From a virus (taxonomy: Duplodnaviria > Caudoviricetes), in IMG/VR virus record IMGVR_UViG_3300026123_000018, positions 1-30,569 of that record: DNA of 30,569 bases. One strand, given 5' to 3'. The position numbers and the translations under genes were made by a program. Below, one piece after another: positions 9,902-18,577 of this stretch. The notes under the pieces were generated by a model that worked only from the letters and a program-made list of their open reading frames with translations, was not told the DNA's origin and searched no databases. Positions within the stretch are counted from its first letter, which is position 1, and every line of letters begins with the position of its first letter.

Positions 9902-11455
9902 ATGGCAAGAACCACCGTTCAAGAATTTAAAGACGATTATCTTGTAGTAGATGGTATGCTTGGTAATGCCTTTAATCTTAATAAAGCGCCAGAACAATTA
10001 AAAGAAGAAATTGAATATAACGCTACTATATTAGATGAACACCAAATACTGTTGGATGTATTACAGGGTAAAAACCCATTGGAATGGGTGTCTAACTACC
10101 AAGGTGTTGGATATAGCATAGACGATTATGTATTTTGGAATGATAGTGTTTGGAAAAGTACAGCAAATAATAACTTAGAAGAACCCGGTACAGAGGACCT
10201 AGGCGGTCTTTGGGAATTTGTAGAATTGACTGCTGCTGGTGGCGGTGCAGGTGCAGGTGATATATTCCAAGAAGTTTTTATATCAACAGCTGGTCAAACA
10301 GAATTTGAAATTGGTGTTAAAATTGAAAATGTTTTAGTTTTTATTGACGGTATTTTAGTTAAAGAAGCAGATTATCAAATATTAGACTTTTCGGTTTTAT
10401 TTAATTACCCTTTAAGGGAATTTGCAGAAGTTCATATTGTTTATAATACAGGTGTTCCTTTTGATACATCATATATTAAAACAGCGCAAGAATTTATTGC
10501 GGAAGATGGTCAAATAGTTTTAAATGTAAAGTATAACATTAATAACGTTGATGTTTTTGTTGATGGTATTATGTTAACAAGAGATATGTATTCTGCACCA
10601 GACGGAGAAACTATATTTTTTACTAACCAATTATCAGAAGATGAAGTAATAATTGTTAATAGTTTTGGTGTCGTTAATTTTGCCGACATATATACAAAAG
10701 ATGAAGTTGATAAAAAATTCATAGATTTATATGAAATTTATGCTGTGAAGAGTGAAACATTATCAAAGTCTAATACAGATCCATATTCGCCAAGTTCAGT
10801 TTATCACCCTGCAACCAAAGGTTATGTCGATGCAATGGCATCAAGTGCAGGTGGAAATGTTGAAATAACCAAAGGTTATGAATTTTCTGGAGGATCTGGT
10901 GAATCTACTTTTGATTGTGGTAGTGATGATGCATATATACCTGGTTCAGTTGATGTTTATATAAATGGTTTACAATTAAATTCTACTGATTATACTGCGG
11001 CTGATGGAAGAAATTTTACTTTAAATTATGTTCCAGAATTAAATGATATTATAAAATTAGTTGCGTACGGTGGTGCCGATGTTTATAACAAATCACAAAC
11101 AGATCTTTTAATTGAAAATTTTGCATCAAAAACAGAAAGCAATAACTTCTTACAAGAGTGTGAATTTATAGAAACAAAAGATACTGTGTATAACTTGTCA
11201 GGAACAGTTATAGACCCAGCAAACGGCATGATACAGCAAATTGTGGTATCAACAGCAACTTCATTTACTGAGAATATTGATAATGGCCAGGTTGTTTTAC
11301 TAAATATATTAAATGGTAGTTCATCATTGCTTACTTGGCCCCAAATAACATGGAGTACACCTGGCGGTTTACCTCCGATATTAAACACTGTTGATACTGT
11401 TGTCATATACAAAGTTAACGATGTATTATACGGAACTCATTCAGGAAATGCATAA
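9902..11455 (+). CDS. Tail fibre / structural protein, cassette 1
   Basis: Trp-rich carbohydrate-binding-like module near the N-terminus, three F.x.xGQT.F / VxVFxxG beta repeats, an HPATKGYVD fibre motif, and C-terminal LYGTHSGNA. Confidence 0.7.
   Translation: MARTTVQEFKDDYLVVDGMLGNAFNLNKAPEQLKEEIEYNATILDEHQILLDVLQGKNPLEWVSNYQGVGYSIDDYVFWNDSVWKSTANNNLEEPGTEDLGGLWEFVELTAAGGGAGAGDIFQEVFISTAGQTEFEIGVKIENVLVFIDGILVKEADYQILDFSVLFNYPLREFAEVHIVYNTGVPFDTSYIKTAQEFIAEDGQIVLNVKYNINNVDVFVDGIMLTRDMYSAPDGETIFFTNQLSEDEVIIVNSFGVVNFADIYTKDEVDKKFIDLYEIYAVKSETLSKSNTDPYSPSSVYHPATKGYVDAMASSAGGNVEITKGYEFSGGSGESTFDCGSDDAYIPGSVDVYINGLQLNSTDYTAADGRNFTLNYVPELNDIIKLVAYGGADVYNKSQTDLLIENFASKTESNNFLQECEFIETKDTVYNLSGTVIDPANGMIQQIVVSTATSFTENIDNGQVVLLNILNGSSSLLTWPQITWSTPGGLPPILNTVDTVVIYKVNDVLYGTHSGNA
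10760..11099 (+). repeat. Dispersed ~340-bp repeat, copy 1 (NTDPYSPSSVYHPATKGYVD...GGADVYNKSQ)
   Basis: Near-identical DNA recurs at about 12886-13227 and 16187-16518. Confidence 0.92.
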
Positions 11456-12117
11456 TGGCAGATATTAAAAAAATACTAACATCCATGAATGATGGTCTTG
11501 GAGAAGCTAAGCTAGTACAAACATATAGTACATCTAGTTCAAATGATGGTTATACATATACATATAGCACACAAATTGGCACTGCCGGGTATAAAAGAAA
11601 ACTTATTATAGCAGCTGGGTACAGGAGTTCAAATGGGATTTCCGTTACTGCTTGCACTGTAAATGGATTGAGCGCAACAAGAGTCGTGCATGATCTTTAT
11701 GCGGCTGACGGTTGTACAGCCTGTGCAATTTTTTGCATAGATTTTGATAATACGGACACTTCAGCAAATATAGTAATAAGTACATCTGGTGGTTTTGCTA
11801 TAGATTCAGGTATGACTATGTGGAATGTTGAAGGTCTTTCAAGTATAATTCCAAAAAATGTAAAAAGTGTACTTAATGCAGATCCACACAATCTATCATT
11901 GCCAGCATATAAAGGTGGTTTCATTGCAGGTTTTGTTTATGATAACGGTGCTTCAGGTGGATCAACATGGACTGGATTAATTGAAAGTTCAGATAACTGG
12001 AAATCAACAAGCGCATATATTATACCAGAACAAGATGAACCATCAAGGTATATTTCAGCAAATATTTCACAATTGGCGTACTCAGTGGGAGTGGCAGCCT
12101 CGTGGTCAAAGGATTAA
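11455..12117 (+). CDS. Putative fibre tip / receptor-binding protein, cassette 1
   Basis: TAATG overlap with the fibre gene; Ser/Thr/Gly-rich beta-type sequence. Confidence 0.55.
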   Translation: MADIKKILTSMNDGLGEAKLVQTYSTSSSNDGYTYTYSTQIGTAGYKRKLIIAAGYRSSNGISVTACTVNGLSATRVVHDLYAADGCTACAIFCIDFDNTDTSANIVISTSGGFAIDSGMTMWNVEGLSSIIPKNVKSVLNADPHNLSLPAYKGGFIAGFVYDNGASGGSTWTGLIESSDNWKSTSAYIIPEQDEPSRYISANISQLAYSVGVAASWSKD

Positions 12118-12121
12118 AAAA

Positions 12122-12634
12122 ATGTATTTAGAAAAAATTAACGGAGTATTTCATCCGATTACAGAAAATGAAATTAGGAATAAACACAACAGAACTTCTT
12201 TTCCAAAGAATTATGATTTTACCAAAATTGGTTTTTTTGAATCTGTTGTTACTAATGTTGGTTATTTACCAAAAAACTTTATTAAAAGAAACAACGATGG
12301 CGAATTATATAATTTTTACTTAGATAAGCCAAACAACGAAGGTTTTTTTGATGTAGATGAAGATTCTGAAAGAGATTTTTTAATAAAAAGATTAAATGAT
12401 GAAATATCTAATTTATTAAATAAAACATCAAGAGAATTTGGATATGATAGCATTGTTTCTGTTAGAAGTTATGTTGGTTTTGAAAATGAATATCAAGAAG
12501 AATGTATAAAACTTGCAAATTGGTCTGTGGAATGTTGGAAAAAGTCAGTATTTTTAATAGAAACAATAAAAAAAGAAGATATTTCTAATATTTCGATTAA
12601 TAATTTAATTAATGAAATTCCTAGATATAAATAA
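12122..12634 (+). CDS. Putative tail fibre assembly chaperone, cassette 1
   Basis: The true start is probably ATG 12122 (AAGGA upstream). C-terminal GYDSIVSVRSY...W...CW is a pattern seen in fibre-associated proteins; positional equivalent of the other chaperones. Confidence 0.55.
   Translation: MYLEKINGVFHPITENEIRNKHNRTSFPKNYDFTKIGFFESVVTNVGYLPKNFIKRNNDGELYNFYLDKPNNEGFFDVDEDSERDFLIKRLNDEISNLLNKTSREFGYDSIVSVRSYVGFENEYQEECIKLANWSVECWKKSVFLIETIKKEDISNISINNLINEIPRYK
12626..12633 (+). promoter_or_regulatory. Late promoter TATAAATA upstream of fibre cassette 2
   Basis: Exact consensus shortly before the AAGGA RBS. Confidence 0.65.
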
Positions 12635-12651
12635 ATTAAAAGGAAATATTA

Positions 12652-13572
12652 ATGGATTCTATAAGAAAACCAATATATCATTTTGAAACGTTATCATCGA
12701 CAGGCATATATGAAATACCTGTTGGTAGAATAATTGCGGTAGAAGATATAAACGGTAAATCAAAGCTATTTTTAAAAATTACAAACGATTTTATTAGTGT
12801 TAATTCAACTATACAGGATTTTATAGATAGTGATGATTCAAGACCAGTATCAGGTGTAGAATTAAATGATTTATACCCAGAATTTTTATCAAAGTCTAAT
12901 ACAGATCCATATTCGCCAAGTTCAGTTTATCACCCTGCAACCAAAGGCTATGTTGATTCAATGGCGTCAAGTGCAGGTGGAAATGTTGAAATAACTAAAG
13001 GTTATGAATTTACTGGTAATGGTAGTACAACAACTTTTGATTGTGGACGTGATGATGCATATATATCTGGTTCAGTTGATGTTTACCATAATGGGTGGCA
13101 ATTAAATTCTACTGATTATACTGCGGCTGATGGAAGAAATTTTACTTTAACAAATTTAGTTCCTGCGGTTGGTGATGTTATAAAATTGGTTGCTTATGGT
13201 GGTGCTGATGTTTATAATAAAAGTCAATCAGATTCTTTATTTTTAAAATTAAGCGGTGGTTCTATTTTAGGTGAGTTAACAACTCTTGAAACAAAAGATA
13301 CTGTTAGTGAGGTGACTACTTCATTATTGGATCCTTCTACAGGTATGATAAAATATAAAATATTATCAGGGTCCGTGATATTCACAGAGTCAATCCAAGA
13401 AGGCCAAGTTATGCTATTACAGCTAACAAATGGTGGATCATACACAGTTACATGGCCAGAAATAACATGGTGTTTAAAGGACGCAGCTGCACCGGAATTA
13501 TCTACAAATGATACTGTTATATTATTTAGAATTAACGGTACATTATACGGAACACATTCAGGAAATGCATAA
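12652..13572 (+). CDS. Tail fibre / structural protein, cassette 2
   Basis: N-terminus RKPIY.F is shared with cassette 3; contains the shared repeat block; ends LYGTHSGNA. Confidence 0.7.
   Translation: MDSIRKPIYHFETLSSTGIYEIPVGRIIAVEDINGKSKLFLKITNDFISVNSTIQDFIDSDDSRPVSGVELNDLYPEFLSKSNTDPYSPSSVYHPATKGYVDSMASSAGGNVEITKGYEFTGNGSTTTFDCGRDDAYISGSVDVYHNGWQLNSTDYTAADGRNFTLTNLVPAVGDVIKLVAYGGADVYNKSQSDSLFLKLSGGSILGELTTLETKDTVSEVTTSLLDPSTGMIKYKILSGSVIFTESIQEGQVMLLQLTNGGSYTVTWPEITWCLKDAAAPELSTNDTVILFRINGTLYGTHSGNA
12886..13227 (+). repeat. Dispersed ~340-bp repeat, copy 2
   Basis: Direct DNA match to copies 1 and 3. Confidence 0.92.
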
Positions 13573-14168
13573 TGTCTATATTAAAATCTATCATAGGAAT
13601 TCAAGATTCTGAAACAATAATAGAAACAACTTATTTAGGTAATGGCACCAATTCTGAATATGAAGTTAACGGCGCAGGATTAATTGTAATTGCTGGAATG
13701 AGAACATCTTCTAGTAACCCAGTTCTAACAACCGCTGCGGTAAATGGTTCTGCTGTGCAATTTCAGACTGTCTTTTATGGTGGTGGCGATTGGAAGTGCG
13801 GTACTTCAACATTACATAAAGTAGGAGTATATTCATATTTTGAAGTTCCTCCTGGAAGAAACACTGTTTCGGTTTATAGTTCGTCGTCTTCAGAATTCCA
13901 GTTTTTTTTAAAGGGCGCAAAATCTATAAGGTACGCTCAATCTAATATAAATAGTAGGTCAATACAATTAAACCCAGGCGAAGCGGTTGTCACTGCAATA
14001 TCTTCTGAGAAAAACGCATGTACCCCAGCGCAATCATCTGTAATGTCTACGGTTTATAGAAACAATGACCAAGCTTATGCATATAAAGACGCAACTGAAG
14101 CTGGTTTATCAGGATACATAACTACTACAACGTATGGACGAGGTGGTTATGCAATATTTACACCATAA
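13572..14168 (+). CDS. Putative fibre tip / receptor-binding protein, cassette 2
   Basis: TAATG overlap; Ser/Thr/Gly-rich; weak similarity to the other tips (LIVI, VNG, PPG). Confidence 0.55.
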   Translation: MSILKSIIGIQDSETIIETTYLGNGTNSEYEVNGAGLIVIAGMRTSSSNPVLTTAAVNGSAVQFQTVFYGGGDWKCGTSTLHKVGVYSYFEVPPGRNTVSVYSSSSSEFQFFLKGAKSIRYAQSNINSRSIQLNPGEAVVTAISSEKNACTPAQSSVMSTVYRNNDQAYAYKDATEAGLSGYITTTTYGRGGYAIFTP

Positions 14169-14177
14169 GGAAAAATA

Positions 14178-14672
14178 ATGTACGCAAAAGTAATAAATAA
14201 CGAATTAATAAAATACCCATATACTATTAGGGATTATAAATTAGAGAATAAAAATTTATCTATTCCAAAAAATATAGATTTGGCTGAGCTGGAAAATGTT
14301 GTGTCTGTTGAACCAGGTGATGAAACGGATTTAGTTGATTACAGCGTAACTGCTAGTTTAATTAATGGAAAATGGAAAGAAGTTTATGTTGACAATATGA
14401 CGCCTGACGAATCTCTTGTTTACAAAAAAAGAAGAAAACTAGGATTTTTAACGGTAACTACACAAAATGGCAATATATTTAATGCAAATGAAACTGCAAG
14501 AAATAATATGTTAAGTAAAATCATCGCTATGGAATTTAACAATGAAACTTCTGTTGAATGGCATATGTATGATAATCAGGATGTAGTCATAACTATAGGC
14601 GAGCTTAAAGAAGCGCTATCTCTAGCAATAGATGCGGTTGGAAAAATTGTTAAAGGAGAATTTAATGAGTAA
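14178..14672 (+). CDS. Putative tail fibre assembly chaperone, cassette 2 (DUF4376-like C-terminus)
   Basis: N-terminal AKV.NNELIKYPYTI.DYK.EN is shared with 17545..17973; C-terminal FNANE.ARNNM and W..YDN..V.IT..EL. Confidence 0.6.
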   Translation: MYAKVINNELIKYPYTIRDYKLENKNLSIPKNIDLAELENVVSVEPGDETDLVDYSVTASLINGKWKEVYVDNMTPDESLVYKKRRKLGFLTVTTQNGNIFNANETARNNMLSKIIAMEFNNETSVEWHMYDNQDVVITIGELKEALSLAIDAVGKIVKGEFNE

Positions 14673-14994
14673 GATAACAGATATTATACAGCAAAATTAT
14701 GATATTTCTGATTTTGATGATGGGCATTTGTTTTCAACAAATGGTTACCAAAAATTAAGTAACGGCTTAATTATTCAGTGGTATAACGTAACAATAGGAC
14801 CAGATAGAAACCAAACATTTACACATCCTTTAGCTTTCCCAACAGGATGTCTAAATGGTGCAGCGACAAAAGGTGGCGGGCAAGTACCAACTGATTCATA
14901 CACAGGTATATATAATTTATCAAAAACAGCGGTAACTGTTGCTAACGGTACAAATAGTACACAGACTACTCGTCTAATATTAATAGGCCATTAA
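14665..14994 (+). CDS. Small tail fibre C-terminal-domain protein (NGYQKLxNGLIIQW family)
   Basis: STNGYQKLSNGLIIQW, FT.PLAFP..C, ending LIGH. ATG 14665 has an AGGAG RBS, whereas the ORF-track start 14632 lies further inside the upstream gene. Confidence 0.7.
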   Translation: MSKITDIIQQNYDISDFDDGHLFSTNGYQKLSNGLIIQWYNVTIGPDRNQTFTHPLAFPTGCLNGAATKGGGQVPTDSYTGIYNLSKTAVTVANGTNSTQTTRLILIGH

Positions 14995-15029
14995 TATAAT
15001 TTTAAATAAAAAATAAAAAGGAAAAATAA

Positions 15030-15386
15030 ATGAAATACGCATATATAGAAAAAGATACAAATAAACTTTTAGGTTGGTATGATGATACAATTCATAATGA
15101 TATTCCAACACCAAATATTGAGGTTACCGATGATCAATGGCAAAACGCTATAAATAGTAACCATAATAAAATTAATAATGACGGAAGTTCTGAACAATTT
15201 GATTTTAGATCTGATGATGAAAAATTAGAAGACGAAAAAAACAATAAAATTTCAGATGCAAAGGAATATTTGAATTCAACTGATTGGTACTATGCTAGAC
15301 AGTTAGAAACCGGTGAAAATATTCCAGAAGAAATTAAAAACAAAAGATCTGAATATAGAAAAATATTAAAAACTTTAGGACTATAA
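15030..15386 (+). CDS. Tail fibre assembly chaperone
   Basis: GWYDDTIH..IP...IEVTDDQW N-terminus and the YLNSTDWY..R motif. Confidence 0.7.
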   Translation: MKYAYIEKDTNKLLGWYDDTIHNDIPTPNIEVTDDQWQNAINSNHNKINNDGSSEQFDFRSDDEKLEDEKNNKISDAKEYLNSTDWYYARQLETGENIPEEIKNKRSEYRKILKTLGL

Positions 15387-15387
15387 T

Positions 15388-15879
15388 ATGAGTAAAGTTT
15401 CTGAATATATAGGTGATATTAAAACCATACCTGAAAAATTTTCAATTGAAGGTGGAACAATAACCGGTGGATTAACTGTTGCCGGCGGTGATATAGTACT
15501 AGGTGGTAGCGGTAGAATTCAAGGTATTGACATAATAACAGACGTAACAGATGCGGTTAGTAAGTCTTATGTCGATAATGCTATAAATGAAATTGATTTC
15601 AGTGGGGTGTTAAGCGATGATGGGAAAAACCTTAGTACAAATGGATACCAAATATTAAGTAACGGTTTAATTTTTCAATGGGGTCAAACAACTGCGAGTG
15701 GTAACATTACGTTTCCTATATCGTTTAAAGCATCGTGTTTAAACGTTCATGTTACAGAATATAATTATGGTGTAAACGGGTCTGAAAAAGTAACTATTAC
15801 AAATGTATCTAATACTGGATTTACAATTACCAGGAATGCTACATTGGGTTCATATTGGTATTTTGTAATAGGTTATTAA
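15388..15879 (+). CDS. Small tail fibre protein (NGYQILSNGLIFQWG family)
   Basis: GGTITGGL, DAVSKSYVD, STNGYQILSNGLIFQWG, ITFPISF...C and YFVIGY; paralog of 14665..14994. Confidence 0.75.
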   Translation: MSKVSEYIGDIKTIPEKFSIEGGTITGGLTVAGGDIVLGGSGRIQGIDIITDVTDAVSKSYVDNAINEIDFSGVLSDDGKNLSTNGYQILSNGLIFQWGQTTASGNITFPISFKASCLNVHVTEYNYGVNGSEKVTITNVSNTGFTITRNATLGSYWYFVIGY

Positions 15880-15885
15880 ATAATA

Positions 15886-15893
15886 TATAAATA
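15886..15893 (+). promoter_or_regulatory. Late promoter TATAAATA upstream of fibre cassette 3
   Basis: Exact consensus, intergenic. Confidence 0.65.
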
Positions 15894-15962
15894 TTTAAAA
15901 TTAAGATTTCTTAATTTGGTTTAAAATTGAGATATTTAAGTCTCGACAAAAAGGAGAAATAA

Positions 15963-16862
15963 ATGGCATATAAAAGAAAGCCAATATACGTATTTAAAAA
16001 CTTAGATTCTAACGGTGTATTTAATGTACCAGCCGGTCGGGTTGTTTTGATAGAAGAAACAGGAAATGGCCCAAAAGCAGTAATTAAGAGTTCAAACAAC
16101 GGTTTATCTATTTCAGCGACAGCCGGAGATTTATTATTAAGCAATTCATTTAGCGAAATTGGTAAAACTAACGTATTAGAGCTAGATAATACAGATCCAT
16201 ATTCACCAAGTTCAGTTTATCACCCTGCGACCAAAGGTTATGTCGATACAATGGCATCAAGTGCAGGTGGAAATGTTGAAATAACCAAAGGTTATGAATT
16301 TACCGGTAATGGTAGTACAACAAGTTTTGATTGTGGTAGTGATGATGCATATATACCTGGTTCAGTTGATGTTTATATAAATGGTTTACAATTAAATTCT
16401 ACTGATTATACTGCGGCTGATGGAAGAAATTTTACTTTAACAAATTTAGTACCTGATAATAACGATGTTATAAAATTGGTTGCTTATGGTGGTGCCGATG
16501 TTTATAACAAATCACAAAGTGATAATATTTTCTTAAAATTGAGCGGTGGTACAGTTTCGGGTAAATTGACTACTCGTGAAACCCAAGATACAGTTTATGA
16601 TTTATCTGGTAACGTGATAGATCCTGCCAACGGAATGGTTCAACAAATTATTTTAGGCAATGATACAACATATTCTGAAAATATTGAAAATGGGCAAATT
16701 GTATTATTAAATATATTAAATGGATCGTCTTTTAATATAACATGGCCAACAATACAGTGGAGTACAAATTCCGGGACTGCACCTGAACTAAATTCTGTTG
16801 ACACTGTTATATTATATAAAGTACACTCAATCTTATATGGTACTCATTCAGGGAATGCATAA
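15963..16862 (+). CDS. Tail fibre / structural protein, cassette 3
   Basis: RKPIYVF N-terminus, shared repeat block, ends LYGTHSGNA. Confidence 0.7.
   Translation: MAYKRKPIYVFKNLDSNGVFNVPAGRVVLIEETGNGPKAVIKSSNNGLSISATAGDLLLSNSFSEIGKTNVLELDNTDPYSPSSVYHPATKGYVDTMASSAGGNVEITKGYEFTGNGSTTSFDCGSDDAYIPGSVDVYINGLQLNSTDYTAADGRNFTLTNLVPDNNDVIKLVAYGGADVYNKSQSDNIFLKLSGGTVSGKLTTRETQDTVYDLSGNVIDPANGMVQQIILGNDTTYSENIENGQIVLLNILNGSSFNITWPTIQWSTNSGTAPELNSVDTVILYKVHSILYGTHSGNA
16187..16518 (+). repeat. Dispersed ~330-bp repeat, copy 3
   Basis: Direct DNA match to copies 1 and 2. Confidence 0.92.
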
Positions 16863-17536
16863 TGAATAATAAAATTTTAGCAGGAATGGGCGCAGATCTC
16901 CCTGGTTTAAAAACAGATTCTATTTCAGGTGTAAATATTGGAAGGTCTGCTGTATACAGTACTAGAAATATAAGTATCACTGTTCCAAGTGGAACAAAAT
17001 GTTTAATATTTGGCCATCATAGTATTAGAAATGGAGGTGCTAATGCTAGAATACATTCGGTAAAATTCAACGGTGTTGGTATGACACTTGGATCAAGCGC
17101 ATATAGAAGTGCAGAATATTCGGCACATTTAGGGTTTTGGTTTATAAACAAACCACCAATAGGTACATTCACATTGTCATACAGTGTGTATAGTGGGCCT
17201 AATTATTCTGGCGGGAGAGTTTATTTTTTAAAAAAAGAAATGATATCATTTACACCAAATGATTCCGGGAGTGATGTAGATGGTAACGGTAACCCAATGG
17301 TGACATCAGTTAATGCATACGAAGGTGGGTTAATGTTAGCTTCATGGACATCTTTTAACGGTAATCCATCAATAACATACCTTAATAAAGACACCACCGA
17401 AACTAATTATGGCGCTATTGGTTCTCTCGTACCGAGCCAGAATTTAATAAATAAGACAATATATGCATATTATTTAGGTCAATATTACAACCAAGGACTA
17501 CATGTAATATCTTATAACAAAGATAATTTTAAATAG
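16862..17536 (+). CDS. Putative fibre tip / receptor-binding protein, cassette 3
   Basis: TAATG overlap; rich in Ser, Gly, Asn and Tyr; AYEGGL resembles AYKGGF of tip 1. Confidence 0.55.
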   Translation: MNNKILAGMGADLPGLKTDSISGVNIGRSAVYSTRNISITVPSGTKCLIFGHHSIRNGGANARIHSVKFNGVGMTLGSSAYRSAEYSAHLGFWFINKPPIGTFTLSYSVYSGPNYSGGRVYFLKKEMISFTPNDSGSDVDGNGNPMVTSVNAYEGGLMLASWTSFNGNPSITYLNKDTTETNYGAIGSLVPSQNLINKTIYAYYLGQYYNQGLHVISYNKDNFK

Positions 17537-17544
17537 GAGAAATA

Positions 17545-17973
17545 ATGAAATTAGCCAAAATAGAAAATGACGAAGTAATTAAATATCCGTATACGATAAC
17601 TGATTATAAAAACGAAAACCCAAACATTTCGTTATCAAAAAGTTTTAAACTAGAAGATGAGGAAAACATAATCATAATTAATGAAAAACCATTACCTGAT
17701 TATTTTTATACTGATGTTGTATTGAAGAATATAAACGGAATATGGGAAGAAGTTTATGAAGATAACCGAGCATCTGAAGAAATAGAAAAAATGAGCAAAG
17801 AATATTTAATTGAAGAATCTATGCATTACCTTCACTCAACAGACTGGGTAATAACAAAAATAAATGAAGAAAAAATTTTAGAAAATGATGTTTCAAGTTT
17901 AATTGAAAAGTATGCAGACATTATTGAAAAAAGAAAATTTTACAGAATACAATTGAATGAATTAGGGGTATAG
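17545..17973 (+). CDS. Putative tail fibre assembly chaperone, cassette 3
   Basis: N-terminus shared with 14178..14672; YLHSTDW motif shared with 15030..15386. Confidence 0.65.
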   Translation: MKLAKIENDEVIKYPYTITDYKNENPNISLSKSFKLEDEENIIIINEKPLPDYFYTDVVLKNINGIWEEVYEDNRASEEIEKMSKEYLIEESMHYLHSTDWVITKINEEKILENDVSSLIEKYADIIEKRKFYRIQLNELGV

Positions 17974-17974
17974 T

Positions 17975-18568
17975 ATGAGTACGATATTTAAAAGTGTAGA
18001 CAGTATTAAGTCAATTGATGAAAAATTGTCAGCAGATGACATAAAAACAATAAACGGCGCTAGTATTGTAGGACAAGGGGATGTTAGCGTACAAAGCATA
18101 GTAACAGGCACAATAATAATTAAAGCAAATACTGATGTGCCTAGTGGTTTTTTAGAATGTAATGGTGCGGCATTATCTAGGACAACTTATAAAGAATTGT
18201 ATGATATTATTGGTACAACTTATGGTGCCGGTGATGGATCATCAACATTTAATTTACCTGATTTAAGAGGTGAGTTTATTAGAGGTTGGGACAATGGTAG
18301 AGGTGTTGATACTGGAAGAAATATTGGTACAAGTCAAAGCGATACAATAAGAAATATTACCGGTACATTTACAGATATACGTGTTAGACTTAACGGGATT
18401 ACTACCACCAGCGGTGCGTTTACAAGCACAAACGGCGTATATAGCGCGGACTCAAGTAACGGATCAGCAATAACTAAAAACTATAACTTTGACGCATCGA
18501 ATGTAGTACCAACATCTAATGAAAATAGACCACGAAATATATCAATGATGTACTGTATTAAATACTAA
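17975..18568 (+). CDS. Phage tail collar domain protein
   Basis: PSGFLECNGAALSRTTY.ELY.IIGTTYGAGDGSSTFNLPDLRGEFIRGWDNGRGVD and ENRPRNISMMYCIKY. Confidence 0.92.
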   Translation: MSTIFKSVDSIKSIDEKLSADDIKTINGASIVGQGDVSVQSIVTGTIIIKANTDVPSGFLECNGAALSRTTYKELYDIIGTTYGAGDGSSTFNLPDLRGEFIRGWDNGRGVDTGRNIGTSQSDTIRNITGTFTDIRVRLNGITTTSGAFTSTNGVYSADSSNGSAITKNYNFDASNVVPTSNENRPRNISMMYCIKY

Positions 18569-18577
18569 GGGGAAAAT

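Noticed and set aside
11453-11457. Programmed -1 frameshift fusing fibre and tip (also 13570 and 16860)
   Set aside because: There is no slippery heptamer; TAATG coupling with an upstream AGG(A/G) RBS is sufficient.
10760-16518. Diversity-generating retroelement template/variable repeats
   Set aside because: All copies are coding and internal, the differences are not adenine-specific, and there is no reverse transcriptase in the window.
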